The position numbers were made by a program, and so were the translations under genes. From the IMG/VR virus record IMGVR_UViG_3300032234_000239, positions 1 to 45,512 of that record: a DNA stretch of 45,512 nucleotides, one strand, 5' to 3'. The stretch comes from a virus. Taxonomy: Duplodnaviria; Caudoviricetes. A model generated the notes under the pieces. That model saw only the letters and a program-made list of their open reading frames with translations, searched no databases and was not told the origin of the DNA. Below are positions 27,401 through 37,000 of this stretch, piece after piece; within the stretch, counting starts at the first letter, position 1, and each line of letters opens with the position of its first letter.

Positions 27401-30400
27401 ATTGCCAGCATAACATCAAAGATTGAATCAAATGGTGCTTTAACTGAAAGAGAACTTCAAATACAGAGTGAAGTTTTACAGAGAATGGTTTCAGACAAAA
27501 AATGGATGAGTTCTGGCGAAGCATCTAGTGGTTTTGAAAAGCAGGCACTTGTTGCTATATATGATGCTGAAGAAAGATTGAACGATCCTATAACTCCTGA
27601 AATTTTAGCAAAACAAGATGGAAGGTCTGTTGCAGAAAGACAAGCCGAAGCCCAGCCTGCTATTAATAAAAGACTTGGAAAAAGAAATGAAGCAGGAGTA
27701 GACTCAGGCGAAGGATTTGTTCCTCTATCAGATGCTGAAAAAGCAAAAAGGCTAGAGTCTATTTCTTCTCCAGCAATAGAGGTAACAGAAGAAGATAAGG
27801 CAAAAGCAGCAGCAGAAGGAGCAAAGGTTGGTCAGGCAGCAATTGACGGAGCCGAAGGTCCAGATGGAGTAGACAAGGGGTCTCCTTCTAGAAAAGGTAG
27901 ACTAATTGGTAAAAGCGTTGCAGACGGAATCGTTGATGGAATGCAAGAAGGTAAGGCAGAAGTCACATCACAGGCTTCTCAACTTGGTGACGCTGCAGTT
28001 CCATCAGCAGCAGCAACACAGGCAAAAGTTTCAAAAATGGATCTTGGAAACAAGGCTTTCTACGATGATATTGATACACCAGAAATGCGTGATGAAAGAC
28101 AAGTTCTTAAGTCTTTAGATAGACAAAGAAGAAAGCGTGGTGCTAAGGGTTCTGTAGAACTTCCAGCAGAGAAATCATCAGCGAAGTCTAAAGTCCGTTT
28201 AGCAAAGAAAACACAGGTACAAACTCAAGAGATTGCTAAAGAGACAGGAAATATAGCAAACTCAACTGTTCTTGTTGCAGAAGAAACAGACGAACTTGCC
28301 AATGTGACTAAGGCTGCAGTAGATGCTCAGACAACAAATACATCTAGCCTTATCACCACTAGCCAACTAACCGATGCAGCAAATAATAATCTTGGAGAGA
28401 TGATTCCAGCAATGGACAAAGCAGGAGTTGCTCAACAAGATCTCGCAGAATCTTCAGCAAATATTGCAAAGACAAATGATCAGATAGAAGCAGAAAAAAG
28501 AGAACAGTTAGAAAGACTCAAAGCCTATAATGCTCAAGAGGCTGCAAGACAGGCAGCAGAAAGTGGAATTGTCCCAGTAGGAAGTCAGACAGAAAATGTT
28601 TTGGGTAAAAACAGAATGGGATCAGTTGAGGCTTATGAAGAAGCATCTACCTATACAAGAGACAAGAATGGCCAAATAATATTTGACCCAGAACTTGATG
28701 CAGATGGCAAGCAGCAACCAACAACTCTTACAGAAAAGCAGGTAAAGCAAAAGAAGCGTGGCATGCGTAGAGAAAAGGTTGGTAGAGTTTCTGGAAAAGT
28801 TTCAGGAGGTCTTGGCACCGCAGCCATGGTTGCTGGTATGGCAGGAGCCCCACCACAAGTTACAGCAGCACTTGGTGGCGCAGCAACTCTTGCACAGTTT
28901 GCTCCAATGATTGCGGGATTGACAGGACCGCAGGGTATTGTAGTAGCACTAGCAGCCGTTGCAGCAGGAGCATACTTATTTAACAAACATCTAAATGCTA
29001 TGGCTGGTAAAGCAGCACAGTTTGCAAAAGATTTATCAGCAACAAGAGATGGACTAAAAGCAATAGGTGAAGTGACTGGCAAGGTCGGATCATCTGAAAT
29101 AATGGATAAGCGTAGACAGAGCAGCCAGTACACCAAGTATACAGATGAAGTTAAGATCGATGACACATTTGGAAAGCAATTCCTAGGTTCAGAACCTGGC
29201 AAAAAAGAAAAGAAACTATTCCAGCAAAACGTTAAAGAATTTGGAAAAGACAAAGCGGTTTCAGACCTAGGCCTAAAACTTGCAACTGCTGTTGCAGACG
29301 GAGTATTAGATAGCGATCAAGCAAACAGCATTGCAGCAAACCTTGCTATAGAGTTAAAAGACCAATCACTTGAAATGCAGGTCGTTGGTCAGATAAGATC
29401 TCTAATTGGACCAGATGGTGAAGACCTCAAGAAGGACCCAATGAAGGCTCGTATTGCAATAATGGCAAAGGCACAAGGAAGAACTGAAAAATTAGAAACT
29501 GAAATTGCAGGAAAGTCTGGGTTTGGAGAAAGTTCAAGAAAAGAAGTTGCAGCACTTGCAGCATTAAATATGAACAACCTAGAGTTGAGCAGCATGATGG
29601 CAGACCAAGTTCAGGTAGAGTATGAAACTGCAAAGAAAAAATTAGAAACAGAATTAGCATCAACAACAAATGCACAAAAGAAACTAGAAATTGAAGGAAA
29701 ACTTTCTACACTAAATGCTGAAAACCTAAAGAACTCACAGTTTATGAATGATCAGATCTTTGCTCAGATCACTAGAAACCAAATGAGTTTTGATAAGGTA
29801 TATAGCAGTTCTGTTTGGGGCAAGCAAGCAATGCGTGAAGACGCATACTTCGATGCATCTAGAGCACAGGTTGAATCAACATATAAGGGTACAGACCAAG
29901 AAGATGCTTCTAAGAAGTTCTTAAATAAAACTAAGGCCCTTGTAGATGATACAACTATGGGTAAGTACAACTCCAACACTGGACAGTATGTAAAAACTGG
30001 TCTTGATGGTCAGCAGGGAGCACAAAGATTCCAGGCAAAGATGGAAATGCTTGTTGGAAGTAAGATCTTAACTCCAGGGCAAGCAACAAGTTACATGGAC
30101 CTGTTTACTGGTAAGTTAAACGAGATGGACTTCTTATTGAACGCAGGAATTAAAACAAAGGGTGCTGCCAAGACTAAAGAACTGTTTGATACATTTGCAG
30201 GATTTACTGGCAAGGGAAGAAAAGTAGCACAATCAATTATTACAGACATGATTGTAAAGAAAAAGGATCCAGCAGAGTATGACGCAATCATGGAAACACT
30301 CAAGCAGATGCAGTCTATGGATGGAAACACTATTGATTTTGAAATCTTAGTAAAGACTGTAGGTCTTGAGGGAATTGAGTTAATCAAGAAACAGCAAGCA

Positions 30401-33400
30401 GCAATTCAAAAAATAAGAGAGCAGGCTGAAAAAGACAAGAAAACAAGTTTGGTCGGTGCTGACGATAAGATTGATCCAGAGATTGCAGCCATTGATGCAA
30501 ACATGGCTGCTGCAGCAACAGCGCTAGAAGGAAATCAAGAAAGATTTGCAGAATTTAAAAAACTAAGTGTAGCAGAGCAGGCACAATACTTGCAAGCGCT
30601 TGCATCACAGATTGCCTATGAAAGCAGTGTGACAGATGCACAAAGAGACGAAGATGTACGTGTAGTTGCTATACAGCAAGCAACAGCAGAAGCACTTGCA
30701 AAGGGATTCTCTACTACAAGCCAATTCTATAAAGACCTTCTTAATGAAAGAATCAATCAACTCAAACTTCTTTCTGGTACAGAATTAGCAGTAGTAAAAC
30801 TAAACCCAGCGTACTCTGCTGGGCTCTCATCAAAGCCAGGAGGAGATTTACCATCAGATGGTGGTGGAGCAAAGTCTGACCCTCTTGACTTCCTTGACTC
30901 TCTTGCAATGAGAATTAAGAATGTTCGTGACGGAGCCTTTGATGCAACAAAGCCTTTGGAGTCTATGCTTGCTGCATTCAGTAATCCAAAACTAAAGAAA
31001 GACATGGCCAGCGCATTCAAGGTATTTGATGGGCTGCAACAGAGAATGATTGGTATGGGTGTTCCAAAAGAATTTAGAGATATGATTGCTTCCATGTCTT
31101 CTGAAGACTTTAAAAAACTAGCAAACCTAAAGGGTAAGAAGGCTATCTTTGAATTTGAAAAGGGCAAGCCAAGAACAAAGTCAAACATCAAGGGACTTAC
31201 TGACACTGGTAAGAAGATGATGAGAACATACAACGAGGCCATAGTTGGAGAAGCCAATGTTGTTAATAGAGAAGCAGTAGAGCAAGTTGCAAATCAAGAA
31301 AAAGCATTTAGAATATTAGTTTCCGAAGGAGCAAATGCAACAGAGGCACTAGAGCATGTTCAGGATGCAGCCACCGCAGCAGCGATTGCATCTGGTGCTC
31401 TTGGCAAAAAGGGAAGCAAGGAAAGAAAGCAGTACATAGAAGATCTTAAAAAGGCTACCAGCGAAACAGAAAGATTTGCGCTTAGCCAAAAAATGATTCA
31501 GGCTAATGAGGAGTTTAAACTTATTGAGCAAATGCCAAAACTTTCAACAGCAATGAAGCAGGCAGGATTCTCTGCAGACCAAATGTCTGAAGTAATGAAT
31601 GATCCAGCACTTGCAAAGCATCTAATTGAAGACCTCAAGGATGGAAAGGTTGATGCTAAAGAAATAGCAGACTATCTAAACTCTATTGAGGCTAGAAAGA
31701 TGATTGACATTAAGGTAAATTACAATGCTGGAAAGTTCTCTGAGTCTGCCCAGCCTGGAATGGATCTTGTAGATGAGATGTTCTCTGTTCAGGAAGAGAT
31801 GCTAAGAACTGGTGCAGATCCAAGAACATCTGGCATGGTTGAACAAATGAATGCAAATAATGCTGAAATTCAGGATGCAGAAATAAAGGCTAAGGGCTTT
31901 AGAAGACAGATTGAACTTGTTAATCGTGAGATTAGAGATATTGAGCAGGGCATTGAAAAGAACTACACAAGACCTATAGAAGGATTACAAGAAGAGATAA
32001 GCGACTTAGAGCGAGAACTAGAGATGAACCCACTCTTTGGTGATCGTGCTATGGAAGACATTAATAAAGCAAATGCTAAGATGTCAAATGACTCTGCGAT
32101 AATGGCAAATCAAGCAGAAAAGATTAACGAGGAATATGACAAGCAGGCAGAGGCACTTGCCAAGGTTGCAGAAATAAATGAAGATATTCTCAATCAGCAA
32201 AGAAGTCAACTTGATATTGCAGGTGCATTAACTAGCGGAGACATTTCAGCAGCAGCCAAGGCAGCACAAGATGCTCGTGCACAGTCAGCACAAAGATTTA
32301 GCGGTTCTTTATCGCAGGCTTTGGAACAATCAAGAGCAAATGAAATTGCAGGCCTTAGAGGTGCAGAGACTGGACTAACTCAGAAAGAAATTGATCAGAA
32401 GCAGTTTGAAAATGCTCAAAAACTTTACCAGATGGAAAATAATCCAGCACGAGTTGCTATTCTTGAAAGCATTAGAAAGAAGCAAGATGAGATTTATAGA
32501 CTAGAAGAGTTGCGTGAAGCAGAACTTCTTAAGATTCAGAAAAAAGAAGATGCTATTTTGGAGATTCAGAAAAAGCAACTTGAGCCACTAGAGGATAAGA
32601 TTGCAGATCTTACATTTGCCAATGAATTAATTCAAGCACAAATAGATAAACTTGTTTCAGAGATAGAGGTTTTGGATAGAACTAAGTTAGAGTGGGATAA
32701 GATAAAGGCAAAGATTGCAGCAAATTCTCTTGAGGGTAAAAACTTTGATGGAGTTCTTGGAGCACTGCTTGCATCAACTACTGCTATAGATGAGAAGTGG
32801 CAATCCATTCTTGACAAGTTAGCAGAATACAATGGTACCCCACAAGGTGTAGTCGATTCCCAAGCAGATGTTGATGGATCTGCAGCAAATGCAGAGTTTG
32901 ACTCTTCTGTAGAAGCATTGTCTGCAGCAGAAGAAGCAATGTGGGCAGCCGAAGATGCACTTAATGCAGCATACGATACTGGACAATGGGCAAAGTTTGC
33001 AGAACTTCAAAGAGCCCTTGAAGCAGCAAAGGCAAAAGTTGAAGAAGCAACTACAGCCTATGATGCTGCTGCTGCAAATACTACTGGAGGCTCTGGTGCT
33101 CCAGGCGGAGGCGGAGGCGGAGGCTCTACATCTATGATGATGATGGCTAAGGGCGGAATGGTAAAACCTAAGTACTTTGGATTTGGTGGCTTTGCTCGTG
33201 GTACAGATACGGTTCCAGCAATGCTAACACCAGGAGAATTCATAATGAGCAAGTATGCCGTAGATACACACGGTGTAAATACAATGAAATCATTAAATAG
33301 TGGACAACCAGTTGGTGGAGCAGTGTATAATAATACATATACATTAACAGTAAATGCTAAAACTGATGCAAATCCAAACGATATTGCACAGGCAGTAATG

Positions 33401-33460
33401 TCAACAATTAAACAGGTTGATGATAGAAGAATTAGAGGGGTGTCATTCAATGGCAGATGA
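24488..33460 (+). CDS. Tape measure protein (TP901-like core), 2990 aa
   Basis: Very long Ala-rich helical ORF; GRQLMVGLTIPL, ASEGANALKS and AIEQLFGK core motifs; hydrophobic segments; coiled coils. Confidence 0.9.
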   Translation: MADVNSNIGINFDTRSALASLRKLQAGLSTFNQSLTQGNVAAMNAQKGLVDSLMQSINATGKFVASQKEIATSTASFTNALEKNQLSMREYFRYTAAAATANTKTFKGMFAQEREVINRARRDRVKLLQSQYVQLSNANGDLVKVLQVVPKHLQMTNGQYSDYATRVQMAAQRQQFLNQLLKQGSTNLLNFGKNTQWAGRQLMVGLTIPLSILGSAAAKTFMEMEEAVLKFSRVYGDITTSGDATNRAVADIQRLGKEFTKYGIAVKDTVEMAAQAAAMGLTGGDLNAQVINATKLAVLGQVEQQQALETTISLTNAFGLASEELAQKINFLNAVENQTVLSIEDLTIAIPKAGPVVKQLGGSVEDLAFFMTAMKEGGINASEGANALKSGLASMINPAKKTSEFLASLGINIKGIVDNNAGDLKGTVVGLARALDTLDPLNRARAIEQLFGKFQFARLSTLFQNVTKDSSQAARALGLAGASVEELAILSERELKKVEDSTGAKFKKAMENLKNELVPVGKAFLQAVTPIVEFVGKLLTKFNGLSDGTKKVVTIITAVLGAIAPVALMTFGILMNGAANVIKLFALLRGGIAKLNGQNNVLGGGFDYLTNQQTELLAETNALHTSHQQLISTFNVEKTALDSLAAAYANAASQARTLASNSPGLFNTVPGATGAVAGLPPKKFADGGVVPGTGNKDTVPAMLTPGEVVLTKQTVKDNPELVAALQNGSVKKYGTGTGKRQTTGQASKGVMFDVGGRQLGLGIKPESDQNIADVKTLVEFTKTLDGGTDILTEVFARFAGESKVPLKEFVRELRIVTEGLTGVAISSGKINEVLGRGTNNKLVGHSASEAGVSTSVKEEMEAAGRTAELEREQRISERAAAKLKANHPEMGDVQRGKDGKVQMSRAHIAEQGSTVKSIPEGWVAPLYNAQSQFLNQLGSTIKGEEGKATPMKDKYLSVLSTLPKDVASGEDIASITSKIESNGALTERELQIQSEVLQRMVSDKKWMSSGEASSGFEKQALVAIYDAEERLNDPITPEILAKQDGRSVAERQAEAQPAINKRLGKRNEAGVDSGEGFVPLSDAEKAKRLESISSPAIEVTEEDKAKAAAEGAKVGQAAIDGAEGPDGVDKGSPSRKGRLIGKSVADGIVDGMQEGKAEVTSQASQLGDAAVPSAAATQAKVSKMDLGNKAFYDDIDTPEMRDERQVLKSLDRQRRKRGAKGSVELPAEKSSAKSKVRLAKKTQVQTQEIAKETGNIANSTVLVAEETDELANVTKAAVDAQTTNTSSLITTSQLTDAANNNLGEMIPAMDKAGVAQQDLAESSANIAKTNDQIEAEKREQLERLKAYNAQEAARQAAESGIVPVGSQTENVLGKNRMGSVEAYEEASTYTRDKNGQIIFDPELDADGKQQPTTLTEKQVKQKKRGMRREKVGRVSGKVSGGLGTAAMVAGMAGAPPQVTAALGGAATLAQFAPMIAGLTGPQGIVVALAAVAAGAYLFNKHLNAMAGKAAQFAKDLSATRDGLKAIGEVTGKVGSSEIMDKRRQSSQYTKYTDEVKIDDTFGKQFLGSEPGKKEKKLFQQNVKEFGKDKAVSDLGLKLATAVADGVLDSDQANSIAANLAIELKDQSLEMQVVGQIRSLIGPDGEDLKKDPMKARIAIMAKAQGRTEKLETEIAGKSGFGESSRKEVAALAALNMNNLELSSMMADQVQVEYETAKKKLETELASTTNAQKKLEIEGKLSTLNAENLKNSQFMNDQIFAQITRNQMSFDKVYSSSVWGKQAMREDAYFDASRAQVESTYKGTDQEDASKKFLNKTKALVDDTTMGKYNSNTGQYVKTGLDGQQGAQRFQAKMEMLVGSKILTPGQATSYMDLFTGKLNEMDFLLNAGIKTKGAAKTKELFDTFAGFTGKGRKVAQSIITDMIVKKKDPAEYDAIMETLKQMQSMDGNTIDFEILVKTVGLEGIELIKKQQAAIQKIREQAEKDKKTSLVGADDKIDPEIAAIDANMAAAATALEGNQERFAEFKKLSVAEQAQYLQALASQIAYESSVTDAQRDEDVRVVAIQQATAEALAKGFSTTSQFYKDLLNERINQLKLLSGTELAVVKLNPAYSAGLSSKPGGDLPSDGGGAKSDPLDFLDSLAMRIKNVRDGAFDATKPLESMLAAFSNPKLKKDMASAFKVFDGLQQRMIGMGVPKEFRDMIASMSSEDFKKLANLKGKKAIFEFEKGKPRTKSNIKGLTDTGKKMMRTYNEAIVGEANVVNREAVEQVANQEKAFRILVSEGANATEALEHVQDAATAAAIASGALGKKGSKERKQYIEDLKKATSETERFALSQKMIQANEEFKLIEQMPKLSTAMKQAGFSADQMSEVMNDPALAKHLIEDLKDGKVDAKEIADYLNSIEARKMIDIKVNYNAGKFSESAQPGMDLVDEMFSVQEEMLRTGADPRTSGMVEQMNANNAEIQDAEIKAKGFRRQIELVNREIRDIEQGIEKNYTRPIEGLQEEISDLERELEMNPLFGDRAMEDINKANAKMSNDSAIMANQAEKINEEYDKQAEALAKVAEINEDILNQQRSQLDIAGALTSGDISAAAKAAQDARAQSAQRFSGSLSQALEQSRANEIAGLRGAETGLTQKEIDQKQFENAQKLYQMENNPARVAILESIRKKQDEIYRLEELREAELLKIQKKEDAILEIQKKQLEPLEDKIADLTFANELIQAQIDKLVSEIEVLDRTKLEWDKIKAKIAANSLEGKNFDGVLGALLASTTAIDEKWQSILDKLAEYNGTPQGVVDSQADVDGSAANAEFDSSVEALSAAEEAMWAAEDALNAAYDTGQWAKFAELQRALEAAKAKVEEATTAYDAAAANTTGGSGAPGGGGGGGSTSMMMMAKGGMVKPKYFGFGGFARGTDTVPAMLTPGEFIMSKYAVDTHGVNTMKSLNSGQPVGGAVYNNTYTLTVNAKTDANPNDIAQAVMSTIKQVDDRRIRGVSFNGR

Positions 33461-34091
33461 AGTAGTAGATCCTAGAGTAACCTATATGATGGGTCGTAAA
33501 AAATATAGAAGACCAAGCGGTATGCTGTGGTCAGAAAACACTGGCACCCTACAAAATGGTATTTATGTTCCTAACGGATATGAAGTCGGAGCAGATCCAG
33601 AAGGAGTTGAAGACCCATCTTTAATAGATCAGTTTTTATTAATTACTGATGACAATAGACAGCCATTACAGTTTAAAAATGAAAGAATTGAAAAAAGAGA
33701 GAGAATGATTAATGGTCGAATGAGATCATATCATATTGCTGACAAACTTACTTTAAGTACCAGTTGGGCTCTAATTCCATCTAGGTCTCACGATGATGTA
33801 CCAACATTTAATACAGTAAGTGGACTATCTCCAAACAAGTCATACACAACAGATGGTGGCGCAGGTGGGGCTGACATGCTAGAATGGTATGACTCACACA
33901 AGGGATCTTTCTGGGTGTTTCTTGCTTATGACAGAAAAGGTATATTCAAAGGAACTCCAGACCCTTACGATCACCTTCAGCAATATAATCAACTGATTGA
34001 AATGTTTATTAGTGACTTTTCTTACTCTGTTGAAAAACGAGGAAACAAATTCGATTACTGGAATGTATCAGTAACCTTGGAAGAAGTATAA
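33450..34091 (+). CDS. Putative distal tail (Dit-like) protein (start revised from 33417)
   Basis: Follows the tape measure gene; ERMINGRMR and terminal WNVSVTLEEV; SD GAGGGG. Confidence 0.6.
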   Translation: MADEVVDPRVTYMMGRKKYRRPSGMLWSENTGTLQNGIYVPNGYEVGADPEGVEDPSLIDQFLLITDDNRQPLQFKNERIEKRERMINGRMRSYHIADKLTLSTSWALIPSRSHDDVPTFNTVSGLSPNKSYTTDGGAGGADMLEWYDSHKGSFWVFLAYDRKGIFKGTPDPYDHLQQYNQLIEMFISDFSYSVEKRGNKFDYWNVSVTLEEV

Positions 34092-37000
34092 TGTTTGAAG
34101 ACAAAGACCTACAATCATTTTTAGAGACTGCTGATACTGTCAGAACAAAGTCAGCAGTTATTGCAGAACTAAATATGAATAGAACAAACAATATTAGACA
34201 TATCGGAAACTATAGGTATAGACCAGCCCAGCCATCTTCGATATATTCTTCTTTGCCAACAAGTTTTGACATTAATGATGCTGGAAATTTCTATACAGGT
34301 GCAACAGATGCAGACGTTCTGATTGACGGCACATTTGAAAATGATAATACCCCAACTACATTTTTAACTAAAAAAGAAAAGACTCAGGTCCTTTATTCTT
34401 TGGAAAGTTGTTTTGAAAAATTTAGACCAAGGTCTGGAATAAATAAGGCAGTTTATTTTGAAAATGGAAAACTTCACTATCCTAATATGTTTATGGCAGA
34501 TAGACCTAGATATTACATGCCAGACAAAAAAGATAAGTTTAAATATTGGAGTTCATACAGAACTGAGTCTGGAAAAGAATATGGAATTTCTTCAAAAGTA
34601 GTGGGCCTTAACAATGCTATTGAAGATGCTTGCCCTTTCGTAGTGTATAAAGAACAGGTGCCAACAAATAGGGTTGTAGTCAAGATGCAAACACATACTG
34701 GAACTGAAGACCTAGGGCCATTCTCTTCCTCAACAGGTTCATTTACTGATCCATTTTATGGAGAGGTAAATCAAAAAGTTCCAAGCAGATGGAAGATTCA
34801 ATTCTTAAAAGATAATAACTGGCAGGATGTTATTTCTTTTGACCCATCAAAAAGAAGAAAAGATGGTTCTGCAATTATCAAAAGTGACGGGTATGTTGAA
34901 ATTGCCTACGGATTTATTATTCCAGATGAATGGATAAGCACATTTGTATTTGCAGAAGTGTATTCAAGCGAGACGCTGCTTCCTGAGCAGTCTGTAGTCG
35001 GATACGCATACCTTATCAAAGAAAATCAAAATGATATAGGAAAGTACTACATATGGAACGGAACTGACTATACAATAATAACCCCAAGGTATGGATGGTA
35101 TGTCCAAGACGAGACTGTTGACAGACTTACCAACTTCCTTACAGATGCAACATCTCCAGATCAGTTCTTAAACTCCTTAAGCAATAAGGTCCAGTATAGA
35201 GAGTTTGAGTATATTTCTGGAATTAGAATTGTTGTAGACTCAATGACATCAAAAGATTCAACGTTTGATCTTATTGAGATATCACCAAGACTTGTTATGA
35301 ATCTTTCTGACAAAGTAATAAACTATTCAATTAATAAGAGTGCTTCTGACTTAGGCCTAAGTGGTTTGCCAGTTGGCCAACTAGTTGCATCCAACGGAAG
35401 CGTAAATATTTTTGATCATGACCAAGCGTTTAATGATAATAACCCGTCAAGCATTATAGCAAAGTATGTTGACAGCCACGTACAGTTTAAGTTTTATGAA
35501 ATTATTATAAATGTTAAGGGCTGGGATTACTGGGTTCCAATGAAAACATTATACTCAGATTCATTTCCAAAGGCAGATCTAGAAAATAAAAGAATCTCCA
35601 TCTCACTAAGAGATCTGTATTGGTATTTAGAATCAATCACAGCACCAGAAATATTAATGACAGAAGTATCTGTTAGTTCTGCTGTGTCTCTTTTGTTAGA
35701 CAGCATTGGCTTTTCTAATTACACATTTAGAAGAGTGTTGAATGAAAAAGAAATGATTATGCCATTCTTTTTTGTTGCTCCAGATAAAAGCGTTGCACAA
35801 GTGCTGCAAGACTTAGCAGTTTCAACACAGACAGCAATGTTCTTTGATGAATACAATAACTTTGTTATGATGAGCAAAGACTATATAATGCCAACCAAAG
35901 AACAAAGAGCAACTACTTTTGCACTCAAAGGAACAAATGATCTATACGAAGATAACGAGATCAAGAACAAAACATTGAGCAATGCTAAACTAGCAAATGT
36001 TATTTCAGTATCAAACGAGCCAAATGCCGTATATAACGGAGGATCGATAAACTACACTGTAAGACATATACAAAGATCAATCGGTACTCTAAGACAAGCA
36101 GGATTGCTAGAAGACGAAAGAATGTATGTGTATAAGCCAGCACTGCTCTGGGAAGTTTCTGGCACTGAAAATACAAAGTCAATCAATAACGAGGTTGGCA
36201 CACAATCCTCTTATGTTCTTGCTGCTATTCCTTTAAATTCTAATCTATCAGAAAAGGTTCCAGAAGTAAAAAACGGTATCGTAATCAACAACACCTTTAG
36301 CCTAGGAGAAGCAGTATACTGGATCACAAGGTACAACGGATACTTCTACTCCAGTGGAGAGATAATAAAGTATGATGCAGTTCAATATAATGTAACTGGG
36401 TTTGGTAATGTTTGGATATCATCTGTTGAAGAGTATCAGAATTACTTCTCTAAATTGCCATTTAATGGAAAGATCTATCCTACTGGTCTTGTAAGAATTT
36501 ATTCTGTTCCTAATTATTTTGAGCAAGAAGGAGTCCTAAAACTTAAGAATGGACCAGTCGCAAAGCATGGTCGTGGTCAGTTTGGAACTGAAGTTGTCGC
36601 ACATACTGCTGGAATATCTGATTACTGGAAGTCAGATGACAACGTAAAGGGATGCTCTATGGCCTCAGAATATTTGTTTGAAACTAAAACCGATTTCCCA
36701 GCAACAACTGTCGCCTCTGCAGGAAAAACCTTAAGCACTGGTATATCTTCAGATGCCTTAGCAAGAACTTCAACAAGAACAGGTCTTATTAAAAACTTTT
36801 TATCAACTTCTCTAACAGGAGAGATAACGACAAAAACACAGCAAGTTCCTGGTTCTGTTCAGTCCTCAGCATTTTGTTTGACTGGTCCCAACTTTACAAC
36901 AAAGGATAAGCCAAGAGACTTTATATCATATGTTCACAAGCCTTTAACAGGAAAAAAGTATAAGCACTTTGGCACAAGAGTAAGGCTGGTTGGTAAGATA

